DNA of 64,000 nt from Euprymna scolopes (taxonomy: Eukaryota): NCBI GenBank assembly GCA_053919585.1, contig CM132807.1. One strand, given 5' to 3'. Positions 28,701 to 42,698 of the stretch are shown here, one piece after another. Under the pieces are notes generated by a model. It worked only from the letters and a program-made list of their open reading frames with translations. It searched no databases and had not been told where the DNA came from. The position numbers were made by a program, and so were the translations under genes. Position 1 is the stretch's first letter. Each line of letters opens with the position of its first letter.

Positions 28701-31700
28701 TTGTCAGTTGAACCCATTGTCTAATTATGTTAATTCTGAAATTATCAATTATTTAATTTCTTACCTGATGTTGTTGAAGTACGTGTTGATGTTGTTGAAG
28801 TAGATCCTGATGTTGTTGAGGTAGGTCCTGATGTTGTTGAGGTAGGTCCTGATGTTGTTGAGGTAGGTCCTGATGTTGTTGAAGTACTTCCTGATGTGGT
28901 AATTTAGGTGTCATTGTTAGTTGGAAGAAAAAAAGAAAACTTTGTTACATGTTAAATTTATTTGAAAGATTTAATGCAGAACATATAGAAAACAGCTGCA
29001 AATCAGCAAGGGACAACGGTTAAGTACGTATTGTATATTAGAAGAAAGTATTTTTTTACATTCGTTATAGCTAGATGAGTTTTTTTATGAATGATTAAAG
29101 GGGAAGGGGACAAGAAAATGGAACAAAGTCGAGAACTTACTATTTAAATAACGATAGAGTAAAAAAAGACTAGCAACGTCTCTCTTGTGAGAAAGTGGCT
29201 GTAAAGAAGAGAAGAGGATATTTCTCCAGCAGATTCTGTAGTCGATTCCTACTCTGTCAAGGCAGGAGATAGTGTTTTGAGCAACACATCCCCACATGTG
29301 GTAACTGTACTCCATCTTCAGACATCTCTGTCTCAGGTAAATGTTTGTGCCATGAATATGATACTTTCTGAAACGGTAGAATGATGCAAACATTTTTTCC
29401 AGCAACCTTAACCGCTCATCTGATATGTCTTCCACTTTAAGTCTGGAGTGAAAGTCAGTTCTATGAGTCTAACAAAAACGATGCCCTCCTCAAAGAGAAA
29501 AGCTTGGTTTTTGAGGTGTTATAAGTAATCAGTTACTTTTCCCCGTTACACAACGTGCTTGGAATCGGAACAAAGATAATCAGAAAGATCTTTATCATTG
29601 ATGCTCTTCAAAGTGCTGCCATAAATGTTTTTGTCATCTGCATAGATGTCAATGAATGATCTCAGAATTATTTTGACATGAAATCTAGAGATCAAATATG
29701 TATGATTTTTAGTTATAGTGAGATTACAACCCCCCCCCCACAAATATCTATATAATAAAATAAAATAGATTTCCCCCTAGATATGTATTATTCTTATTAG
29801 ATGCTGTTATATGTGTGCGTGAATACTGGCATAAAATAAGAACACATAATTAATAACAAGACTATCATTAGCAAGATATGATTATAATATTATTTACTGA
29901 CCAAACACAAAACAGATACTATACATTGAATTATTTATTTGCAGAAAATATTTTAAAATTTACATTTAAAATAAATTAGGCACAAGGTTTATCAGAAGTG
30001 TGGAGTAAATGAGTGTCGTTGGTCATTCTTTGTCTAAAATAATAAAACATTTCTATCCTACTGTTAACTAAAATCATTTCAACGACTACAATATTACATT
30101 TACACTAGAGGTAATCCTATTTAAGATAATCTCAAATTGATTGGAAATTTTATTTTTTCATAAATATACTTATAAACAAAAAATTCATCTATTATAATAA
30201 AGTCGTATTTGTGTCTGTTTGTTTGTGTTCACAATTCAATTAATATGTACAAAAAGTACATTGTTTCACAAATGAATTTTTATACTGAAAACAGACTTTT
30301 ATTTCAGCAATAATTTCTATATCTACTATTTATTCAAAGGAAAAACTACATTAAAGAAGTAACCTCATTTGCGTATTACATGAAAGAAAATCTATTTTAA
30401 TAATTAGCTCGATATTATTTATGGTTATTAGTAATAGAATTGTTTTAATTGTGCTGTTTAGAACTATCATTTAAAGTTGATTAATTTACACACAGGTTTC
30501 TCTGTTGATGATATGTCAAGTCGAAGATTCCCAAGCACCTTTCACACAGGTGTAGAATACAGACCTGTCTGTGAATCCAGTGCTTACACTTTTCCCAGAG
30601 AAGTGAGAACAAAAGGACCTTTAGGTAGTTCACAGGCATGCACCAATTCTACCCTTTCTCTTGAGCTGAAAGCCCAGTCTGAACCACAAGCCGAGAATTG
30701 AAATGGGGCATAAATCCAACAGAAACAGATGAAGGGGTGGTGTCACTATACCAAGCATCGAACCACAGGTCAATTGACTTGCTGATACTACACTTTGATC
30801 TCAACCTGACAGTCAAAGGAGGTGATTATATATTAAGTAGATTTTTTACCTGTGGTAACCAATGGTGTTGATGTTGTTGTTGGGGTTCCTGTTGAAGTGG
30901 ATCCAGTGGTCGGTCCAGTTCCTATAAAATAAATATATTATTATATTAGAATAATTTTTTTTTAATATCATATGTTAATATGAAATGAAATCCTCTTATT
31001 GAATAAAATAAAGAGAAATTATTGTTGAATAATAAATTAAAATTTTACTCTAGTGCATGAGAAATAAATAAAACAATTGGAAATATATGTTTCCATATAG
31101 TTGATTTTCGTAGACATTTGGTATGTTTCATTTACTTATTATGGTTCATTTGAGTTTAATTGAAATAGTAAACTAAAAACATTTATTCCAAATTTCATGG
31201 TATACTTGTTGCTTTTGGTTACACTCAATGATTATCATCTTGTAAATCCTTCTTTTGAAACTAGAGACATGGAATATATTAGCATATTGAAATTAAAAAA
31301 CTATATGGGTGTATGATCCATTTTCTTACAGAGGTTATCGGTGATGTAGGGCAAGCCGAGGTTAGAAAACAGGAAGTACTGGATTATTAAAGTTTACAAT
31401 CAATGGCAGATCCACTAATGCAGAATAATTTTAGATCGGTATAACACTCTGAGCGAATATAAGCAAGGTAACTGCTTCATTCTCAAGTGTAAAAGAAGGA
31501 GAAATTAGGAATAGCCTATACTAAAATTACACTGTTATCGACCCTTCTACAAACCATATGATGATAATGGGAAATTTTATGTCTCAACCAGCTTTTGAAT
31601 TATATTTATTGTAAGAATATAAATTTGAGATGCTATGACAAATTGAAAACGATATTTAGTTCATACTATCTTTTCAGGCTTGAATTGGAGTTTAGAATGA

Positions 31701-34700
31701 AAAATAACATTTAAAGAAAACTGAATTTAGATCAAATTTCTATTCCAAAAAAGACAATTCCTCCTAACTTCGATGAACAAAATAAATAAAAATTTAACAA
31801 CAAAAAACAAAACAGCAAAAACAACCGTTCCCACCACTCTTCTGTCTAATTTCTTCCAATTGCAAAAACACAACTCTCTGCTCACAAGATTCGCATTTTC
31901 TGTCATCGAATCCTAAATCCCGAATCTCTATAAAAGTCAGGCTTTTATACTACAATCAGCAGCTCATTTACATAAAGTGATCAGTTGGATTGGCATAAAA
32001 CCGGAAAGGCAGCCATTTTTTCTTTTCTTTTTGTCTGCGTGGGACTGCACAAGAAACAGGTGTATATTGATTTTTAATGACTTTTAATTGAAAATGACAA
32101 TGAATGAATAAAAAGTAATTTTTTTAATATTATATTAAACAATATAAAATTTCAGATACGTTAGGAAAAGTAAGCTAAAAACATTCAACATTTTATGGAT
32201 GATTTGTTGCTTTTGGTTACTTTGATTAATTATCATCTTGTTAAGCATTCTCTTTACATCAGAAGCATGGAATATATTATCATATGGAAGTTAAACGACT
32301 ACAAGTTTGTATGGTAAATTATGCCAGGAAGATTATGATACTGCCTGACAGAACAAAGTTTGCAACTAGGAAATATTGGAGAGTTTAGGTCTACAATCTG
32401 TGATGGATCTACTAACTCAGAATAATTTGTGAGGGGTAAGACAGCTGAAGAGAACACACACACACACACACACATACACACAAGTGGAAAGTGTGATCGT
32501 TATCTGTATGTAATGAAATAGGAATTTTTATTTCTCAAACAACCTTCAACAAATTTGATGCTGGCATGTGTAGGACGGCTTTTAGAAACTGAAGGATGTC
32601 TGGTCAGAGCTTTATTTATTCCTCTTTTTCTCATATTCATCCTTATCACTTTATCCAATCTTTTCCTGGACACTCTGCCAACTAACTCTGATACATCTAC
32701 TAATCCAAGCACTCATTACTTTTTTCAATACGATCAAACCAACGAAGTTTCCTGTTCTGCACACACCTCCCTATTCCAGATTTAATCTTTCTCTGAGTTT
32801 ATCAGACCTAAAGCTGTCTTTTTTGTAGCATTATATTCAACAATATCTTGAACATCTTTTATAGACAAAAAAATATAATTAAATAAATAAATTATTTATG
32901 AGGGGCGTTTCAAAAGTAATGCCTCCTACTTTTACCACACCCAAATAGATCAGAAGGGATTGCACATTGCATTGTTATAATTCATGACTTGGAGTTTCAT
33001 CTCTTTGTTGCAAATATTAACGGTGTGAAACTCTAAGAAAGCAACCCCTGTCATGGACATGTGTCAGAATTCCTGGCAAAGTGCATTATAAATAGAGGTA
33101 ACTATAGAGGAAAATAAATTCTGGAGCACAAAATGTTGCTCGTTTTAATGGTATCATAACCGTCTTCGTAGCTCTTCAACTTTTTGAATAAAAATAAAAA
33201 TTGGTTGCTTTACTTTTAGAATGACCCTCATATGACAAAACACAGTCTGGATACCTATGCATGGAAATCGTTCATCGCTAGCAAAAGTGCAGAGAATGGT
33301 TGTGACTGTGTAGAAAAAATAAATTCTGGAGCACAAACGGTCGCTCGTTTTAATGGTACCACTTCTGTATTTGTTGCTCAGCTTTTTGAGATAAACAAAA
33401 ATAAGAGGCTTTATTTTTGGAGCGACCCTTGTATATAGAGACATTTTATTTGAGATTGTACAAAATGTACCAATAAATCATAAAATACTGTATTTTGAAA
33501 ATGAAAAAATATGTCCACAAATATAAATATATTTACCTGTTGTGGTAGTTTTCTTTGTAGATGTTGTTATCGGAGATGCTGAAAATGAAAACGTAGTTAC
33601 AGTAAGCAACACATTGGAGAAATTGTTCAAACATTATTTTTTGCTGTTACACAGTATTATCCAGGAAAAATGAAGAAACAAAGTTCGAAAAAAGAAGATT
33701 TGGTATGGGGAGGGGGATTAAATTAAAACTTTTCATGTGAAGTCACTGGAAGAAAAATATTTAAAAAAAAACAGAAGAAAGAAGGTACTATTGTATGAGA
33801 TTATTTTATTTAAATGAAATTACTTTTACAAATATTATGTTTAAGAAGCTATGCGTTAGATAGAAAGATAATGATTATGATTTTTTATCATTTTGGTAAT
33901 AATAATCTACATATTAATACGATAACGTGTGTGTTCTTTTGTGTGTCACGCTTACATGTAGGTCGTTTAATTGTTATGAAATTCCATATCGTAATTCGCT
34001 TCGGCTGTTATCATGCTGTGCATATTTATGGATGAAAGGAAAGTGCAATATTCCAAATAAAACTTGTCACCCCTTAAAAGGAAAGTGGAATATTCCGAAA
34101 AAAAAAAAAAAAAAAAAAATGGTGTCACTGTTGAGGCAAAGCTAATAAAAATGATTTGTTCTTCTTGGCCTTTTGGCCAAGATCAAAGTGTAGTGTCTGT
34201 TTTTCAGATGCTACATTCCAATTTCTTCTTTTCTCTCAGTGGAGGAGAAATCCTTTACAATTTTTTGTTCCTTTTCTCCACGTTAAAAAACGACCCTGGT
34301 GTCTAAATCTGTCCGATGGGGAGGCATTAACGTAACAAAGTTTTAATATTATAAAAGTAACTGGGAAAAGTAATTTCTGATTTAATTACAAAATGTCCTG
34401 GAAATGTCCCTTCTGATTAATTATAAGTTATTATTTAAGTAAGGGGGAGCGACATAGTGGGTTAAAATTATGAAAATTATTGTAGAAATTAGTAACATAT
34501 TCCCCATTTCAAACACACCAATCAATTAACTCACATTTCGTCATTTTTCATAACTCTTGGATATGTTACTAATATCGACAGTCATGTTTCTATCGTTTTA
34601 AACCATATTATCGCCCCCCCCATTACTAAAATAATTACTTTGATATATTGTCTGGTCTGATTATTTCATTGCAAACATATATTATCATTTTTCATAATTC

Positions 34701-37700
34701 TTGGATATGTTACTAATTTCGACAATAATTTTTCATAATTTAAATCATTCATATCGCCCTCTCTTACTTATATAATAATTTTGAGATATTGTCTGGGTTG
34801 ATTATTTTATTATAAACACACACAAATCAACTCACATTTCATCATTTTTCGTAATTCTTGGAGATGTTACTAATTTTGACAATTATTTTTCATAATTTAA
34901 AAACACCTTCTCGCCCTCTCTTACTAAAATGATAACTTTTGATATATTTCCTGAGTAGATTATTTCATTACAAACACACCAATCAATTAACTCGCATTTA
35001 ATCATTTTTCATAATTCTTGGATATGTTACTAATTTCGACAATCATTTTTTATAATTAAAAACCCCTCCTGCTAATATAAGAATTCAAATATATTGTCTG
35101 GGCTTATTATTTCATTACACACACACCAATCAAGTAACTCACATTTTATCATTTTTCATAAACATAATAGAATATCCAGGAATTATGAAAAATGATGAAA
35201 TGTTAGCTAATTGATTGGTGTGTTTGTAATGAAATAATCAACCTTGACAATAAATCAAAATTATTATTTAGTAAGTGGGGAGGTGCGAAAATGTGGGTTA
35301 AAATTATGAAAAATCATTGTCGAAATAAGTAACACTTCCAAGAATTATGAAAAATGATGAAATGTGATTCCATGCATTAGTGTTCTTTTGTAATTTAATA
35401 ATCATCCCAGACAACATATCAAAATTATTATTTTATTTAGAAGGGGGCGATAATGTGGGTACAAAAAAAAATGAAAAATGAATGTCGAAATTAGTAACTT
35501 ACCCAAGAATTATGAAAAAATTATGAAATGGAGGTTAATTGATTGGTGTGTTCATAATGAAATAATCAGCCCAACAAATATATCAGTTATTAGTTTAATG
35601 TTGGTGAAAAATATAGAAAAAATATTGTAGAAATTAGTAACATATCTATGAATAATAACACATGATTAAATGCAAGTTAATTGATTGGTGCGTTTGTAAT
35701 GAAATAATCAGCCAAAACAATATATCAAAGTTATTATTTTATTAAGGTGTGCGATATAGTGAGTTTAAATGATTAAATATTATTTTCGCAATTAGTAACA
35801 TATCCCAGAATCATAAAAAATGATGAAATCTGAGTTAATTGATAGTTGTATTTTCTTTATGAAATAATCAGCCCATACAATATATCAAATTTATTATTTT
35901 AGTAAAGGGAAGGGCGATAACGTGGGTTAAAATTATGAAAAATTATTGTCGAACATAGTAACATATTCGATGATTGTGAAAAATGATGAAATGTGAGTTA
36001 ATTGACCGGTGTGTTTGTAATGAAATAATCAGCCCTGGAAATATATAAAAGTTATTATTTTAGTAAGAGGACGATACAGTTTTAATAAAAGGGCTAGAAC
36101 AATATGATTGTGCCTTTTTCCATGCTGAACAGAACGCCTACAGAATGACCAGAACGCCTACATATGAAAAATGCTGCTGTGGAATTTCCACAGGTCTCGC
36201 TAGTAATAGTAATAATAATAACAATTTGAATATCTATTTGTAATCCTGTAAACCATAATGTATATAGGAAATGGTATTGTTCTGTGCCTCCACTATATTA
36301 TTCATCATAGATATGTTTTTGTGATCAAGTAAAAGTTTCTAAATAGAATGTTTATTTTTAATCTTTTAAACCTGAATATGCAACCATCTTATTGAGTTTC
36401 ATGCAAAAAGAATGATAAATATCTAGTAAATAAGCGTTGGAAACTTGTTATCATGAATATTGAGAAAACGTCATGGCAAGTATAAATAATGCACACAATC
36501 TAATGAATATGAAATGTCCTTACTTGGCAATTTGAAACATGCTTCAATATCCAACCATACTCTATAGTTTGGATTCTGATCAGCTTCTTTTTCTTCCAAA
36601 ATAACCTTGATTGCAGTCACTTTGTCAAATGTGGTCGAGATATACGGTCCAGTGATTTTAGTGCCACCAGGAATATTCTTGAAATCTTCCGATCCTGGAT
36701 ATTTTACAAGAATTGTGATTTTCTTTGCATTACCACTAACATCAACCTTTGTTAGCTCTACTCCTTCAGGGTCATCAGTCAGTTTAACTGTAATACTGGG
36801 TTTCGGATCAGTAGATGTAGTCGGCACAGGTGCAAGCCATCCAAGTCCATTAGGTCTGACATAACGTATGGGAGAGTTTGGTGTGTCTGGTGTTCCAGTA
36901 AGGTATTCATCAGGGATGAGACTTTTATCATTCATGCCCTTAGAAGACTCACATCGAACTGCAATAAATGAAATCAATTTTACACATTGTTATAGATATA
37001 ATTTAAATGTTGTACTCGTAGTGCTCAATTAAATATACATTAGGAAAGATGAAAGACTCACATCGAACTGCAAAAGAAGTAAATTAATTGATGAAAAATT
37101 AAGTATAGATTTAGAAAATAAACATGGAATCATTGTCATATTATTTTGATATGTAATAATGAACCCCTGGCTCAAAACTATTGGAATTTCTTACATAGTA
37201 TGTGTCATATAATAAATCTTCAATTTTTTCCAATCTTAAAATTTGAAGGATATATCATATTATATGTGCAGTTGAAAATACATGTAATGCTAAAACGAGG
37301 CTTGATTTTGGGTTCAGTTGACAATTTTAAAATAAGAAATCAATGTTTATCATATAAAATAACAATAAATTACATGGAATATGTAATTGTTATAAGTTGT
37401 CTTCTTCATTGGTGTCACTGCAAAAATATTTATCCTCTTTCTCAGCAATGATGTCAAACATTTAAAAACAAAAAAATAAAAGCATGAAGTGAAGATCACT
37501 TGAGTTATCTTAATTCCTCAACTCTGCCTTGTCTAAATTCATGACAGAAAGAACAATAATTCATGGACAATTTAAGATCAATTATTTCTGTATATTGAAC
37601 CCTCATTTAAATGCTTTTAAAATATGTTGTTTTTGGTAACTTTTTGAGATATCTTAGGTATAATATGATTTTCTTATTATACTAAACAGTATTTTTAAAG

Positions 37701-40700
37701 TATTTTTTACACAAAATAATTATTAAAAAAATGAATTTAAAAAATCCTGTTGTACTTTATTTGAGATTGTGCAAAAATAAGGATAAATCATGGAATATTG
37801 TTTTTTATTGTGGAAAATAATTAAAAGCTACCATCAAATATATATTCACTTACCTTTTGTGGTTGTTGATTTTGTAAAGGTTGTTGTTGACGATCCTGTA
37901 AATGAAGATTTTAGGAGAAATTGTTTAAAATGTTGTGAGTTACTAGTCATCATATAACATAATTCTTTTTGCTGTTTCTATAAAGTAATTATATGATTAA
38001 CTGATTAAGTAGATAATTTAAATAAGAGGCCGTCGTTATTTATCTTGTATCAGTCATTGAGGCGTGGGTAGTGTGATATGGTGTTTTCTAGCTACATCCG
38101 ATAATATAATTAGTATATATGTTTATGTATATGCAAACATAAACATATATACTAATTATATTAATAAATAAGATAACTTAATGTGAATACAAAATGTAAA
38201 CAAAAAAAATTTGCTAAAAATTGTTGTATGATTATCTATAGATGAAATGGATTATTTAAGACAGACATGGGTTCAAATATGCTCAGAGGCTATCACAATA
38301 TATTTATAAACTATTTTCTACTTGTTATGACTCGGGCCTCTTTTAATGAATACTAGCAAATATTAGTTATCATTACAGCATTTTTAAAATTTTAATCATA
38401 TTTAAATATCTCACTGCAGAAATGAAATAAAAGCACTTAATTTATGATTCTCGTACAATATTCAACTTATGCTTAGAGCATACCGACTGTAATTAAATGT
38501 TATAATAAAGCATTTATATAAATTTGCGCTTCATTAAATTTATAGTAAAAACCAAACTGTAATAACTTAATTTATGCTATCTTTGTAACTTAATGCCTCT
38601 ATCAATTACAGATATTTGTAAGCAAAACAAGCTGCGCATGTGTGATCCCCCTCTGGTGCATAGATATGTATGTCTATATAGTGAAAAACCACTATATAGA
38701 CATACATATGAAGTTTTTGAGTAATATGAAAAAAGAGCTCCAAAAAAGCATGTTTTTTTTAGCCCTAAAAGTCCAAGAGGGATGCGAACCAGAATTTTGC
38801 CAGAGTCACCCATACTGGATTTATATTAAGACCAATGGGTTCCACATTTAGGCCAAGTTTCAGATAAATCTAATGGATGGATCCAAAGTTATGGGGCAAA
38901 ACGTTTCATTTTTGGCCATTTTGGGGTATTTTTGATCTCTTTTGAGCACATCTATTTAATAAAATACAATTTGTGGCAAAATTTAAGGAAAAACTAATGG
39001 ACGGTTATCTGGCAATCGTCTGGACTAACGAATGCACAGATGGACACACGGACGGACGCACAGACGCCACTGAAAACATAGGTCCCTTTCTGATAAATCG
39101 GGGGACCAATAATTGGATGCAAGAATCAATGAAAATTTTCTGACATAATGCAAGATCTTTATCTAAAAAGCACAGTTTCAAAAAATGCTTATTACTGGCA
39201 AAGCAAATACATCTTATGATATTTGTCAGCTTTCATGTGAGACGTAGTGAATATATTGGAAGGAGCCAGCATAACTTATTCGTAGTGAATGCCACCTCAA
39301 GACAAGACAGCATCTTATGGGATACTTCACAAAATGGAGATATTGACATGTGAACCTTCGAGTAAAGAACACTGTTGATAGAATAGTTGTCTTCTCTTGG
39401 AATACTGGAATCCTAAAGAAGCTTATGGCCATTCGAATCAATGGTGGATTTCAGCAAAAATTCAATAGTAAACGACTGTTGTGACAATGCAAAATGATTT
39501 GCAACAATGTTCAAATGAAATGGAAATCTGGGGAGGCTTATTGTTGTAGCAATATGGCGTGTGAATGCATTAGTAAAATGAAGTTTCCTCATATAAATTA
39601 AATCAAGTAGAAATGGAAATTTCCACTAGAAATTAAGTTCATGTGGTTGAAATAAGTGATGTCATAGGAAGTGTTGAGTGTAATGTGGCAAATGTCTCAG
39701 AATTTCAGACTTAGTTATAATTTAATCTTTTTGATACATTAATTAATCTGAATCTTTAATTAATCCATTAATTGTCTTTGCAGAGGATTTATATGCTATT
39801 TTTATATTATCTTTGTGTATCAGACCTATATGTGATTATCCAACAATTCCTAGTAAAAATTACCAGAATATTGTCGTTTCAGTGAAGAATGATTAACACC
39901 AGTAGTGATGAAGCAGTTTTTTCTTCTATTTTGGCAAGTTGCATGTCCTTGTTTTCTACTTTGATGGCTGATGAACGCTCTAACCCATTGTTCTGCTAAG
40001 GTTTTGAAAAAGTAGGAAATAGGCTACACGAAATCCACATACCATACAATGGAGTTTTAATAAATAATATATACTGCTTCTGTGTTACAGTCAAACATTT
40101 TGGCTTAGGTTTTGTACATAAGGTGTGTGTATACACACACACACACACACACACACACGCGAACAGCAGAAATAAGAGAGTGAAGGAAAAAAGCAATTGT
40201 GAGACAAGGTCAGTTAAACTACAGAATCAGTTAATACTAGTTTTACCTGGTTCAGCAGTTGATGATGGGAAAGTCCATTCAATTGTTTCCTCTGTTATAG
40301 GTAACACTTCCGTAAAAGCAGTAGTTGTTTTAGTTGGTGTAGTAGATGGAGAAGTAGTTTGTGTCGAACCTGTATTGAATTTGAACAATAGTGAGTTGGA
40401 TAAACAAATATGATAACTTAATCTAACAAAAGAATCTGAAAATATTGTTACAGAAAATTACTCGTATCTCTATAGAAAAAACAAACTTTTTTTATATGCA
40501 AGTCGAGGTCAAAATGCTTTCAATTAAAGCAATTGTATTTTAGGAGCTTCAACAATATTTTTATAAACCATTTTTTAATAGCTAAGCTTCTGCAAGTCCG
40601 TTTATAGAAATTGCTAACAACTATTAGACTGGATATAATTATAGTTATTTTCTTACCTAAGTTATGACTCAATAATATACAAGATGTTTATTGAATAAAA

Positions 40701-42637
40701 GATAACTGCTTCTTTTTCCAACAATTATCCTCATAACAGGGATCATTTTACCATGTAAAATTGGAAAAATATGGACATAGTATTCATCGTAAGGAATATG
40801 AAATGTCCTTTTCTATCCAATGGTATCAGCATGATATTATATCAATGTATAATGAATCTAGTATTGAATCATAAATTCTGAAACTATTGAAATTAATTTA
40901 CATTATATGGACCAAAAAAAAAATTCAATCTCAACCACCTCTTCGAATAACAGAATAACAGATTTGATAAAATTAAAAAAAAATACCTTGAAAAATTTCA
41001 AAATTTGTATTTGATTTTTAATGTATGTCATTTTAAAATAAGATCCCATTTTGGGTACAATTTACAAAGTTACATTAAAATATGATTTTTTAAACATGGA
41101 TAAAAAATTAAATTTATATTCCATAAAAATGTATCTATTTGTGCATATATAGACATAAACTATGAAAAATAATGTTGAATCTTTCAACGGTTGAGGTTAT
41201 TTTGGAACTTCTAAGTACAATGAATTATTTACATATTTGTAAGTAATTTTGTAATAATTTCTATTGTATATAAAATATTCTAAACATTTGTAAAATTTCA
41301 ACAGTGACTAAGCAGACTGAAATTTTGACACTAGTAAGTTGGATAAACAAATAAACTTTAATATGAGAAAATAGTAATCTAAAAATATATTCCTACTAAA
41401 AATTGTTTTTTATTTATAGTTAAAAATGCTTATTTAGATAGATTAGGTCCAAATAAGCAATTCTAAAGCAGTTTAACTTAAGAGCTCCTACTAGAAATTT
41501 AGGAAGCGTCTTTTAATTAGTAACATTGTGCAAGATGGCTTACAGAAAATGGTAGCAAATATTTGATTAGACATAATTATAACTATATTTTTTTTATCCG
41601 AGACATATATTAATACGCATAACAGGAATAATATTTATATGTAGAATTTGTAAAATATGGATAAAACACTCGGTCTAAAAAATATGAAATATCCTTACTT
41701 GGCAATTTGAAACATGCTTCAATATCCAGCCAAACTCTATAGTTTGCACTCTGATCAGCTTCTTTTTCTTCCAAAATAACCTTGATTGCAGTCACTTTGT
41801 CAAATGTCTTTGAAATATATGGTCCAGTGATTTTATTGGCACCAGGAATTGCTACAAAACCTGTAGAGCCTGGTAATTGTACAAGAATTGTGATCTTCTC
41901 AGCATTACCGCTTACATCAACCTTGACCAACTCAATTCCTTGAGGGTCATCAGTCAGTTTAACAGTGATGCTAGGTTTCGAGTCACCTGATGTAATCGGC
42001 ACAGGTGCAATCCATCCAGGCCCATTAGGTCTGGCATCACTTACGGGAGAGTTTGGTGTGTTTGGTGTTCCACTAATTAAATCATCAGGAATGAGACTTT
42101 TATCATTCATACCTTTAGATGATTCACATCGAACTGTAATTGGAACAAAAATAAAGTAATAATTAAAACTTCATTTAATAACTTAAAATGAAAACATATA
42201 TTAAACAATAAATCTCTGATCATTTAAACTTTAACTTCAATTTTATAAAATCCACTTTGGTAAAGTATTACATAGACAAACAAAGAAGATTTATTTATTT
42301 AAATTTCACTTGAATAATTGATAGTTTTGAAAATTAAATTGTCTTAGGAATCGGAATAATTATTCTTACATATGATACTGTAAATGCTATTTATTTCAAA
42401 CTATTTTCTTAATGTGCGAATCCTTACATTATCAATGAATTAATTCCTCACCTGGTGTTGTTGGAGTACGTCCTGATGTTGTTGGAGTACGTCCTGATGT
42501 TGTTGGAGTACGTCCTGGTGTTGTGGTGATTGTAGGCGTTACTGTTATGTGTAAAAATGGAGAAGCAAACGTTTTTAGATGTTGGATTTGTTTGAAAGAG
42601 TTTATCATACAAAATAGCTATTAGTATATGGAAGTAA

Positions 42638-42698
<61 letters not shown>

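Larger units (their letters stand above)
33906..36203 (+). mobile_element. Non-autonomous Helitron carrying a ~159-bp tandem array
   Basis: A|TC start (tctacatattaatacg..gtgtgtcacg); 3' hairpin ctgtggaa-t-ttccacag then CTAG|T; inserted in a (TAA)n tract without TSD. Confidence 0.7.

Noticed and set aside
34157-34204. Functional U2 snRNA gene
   Set aside because: Only the first ~45 nt are present, with substitutions; no Sm site or 3' stem-loops follow.
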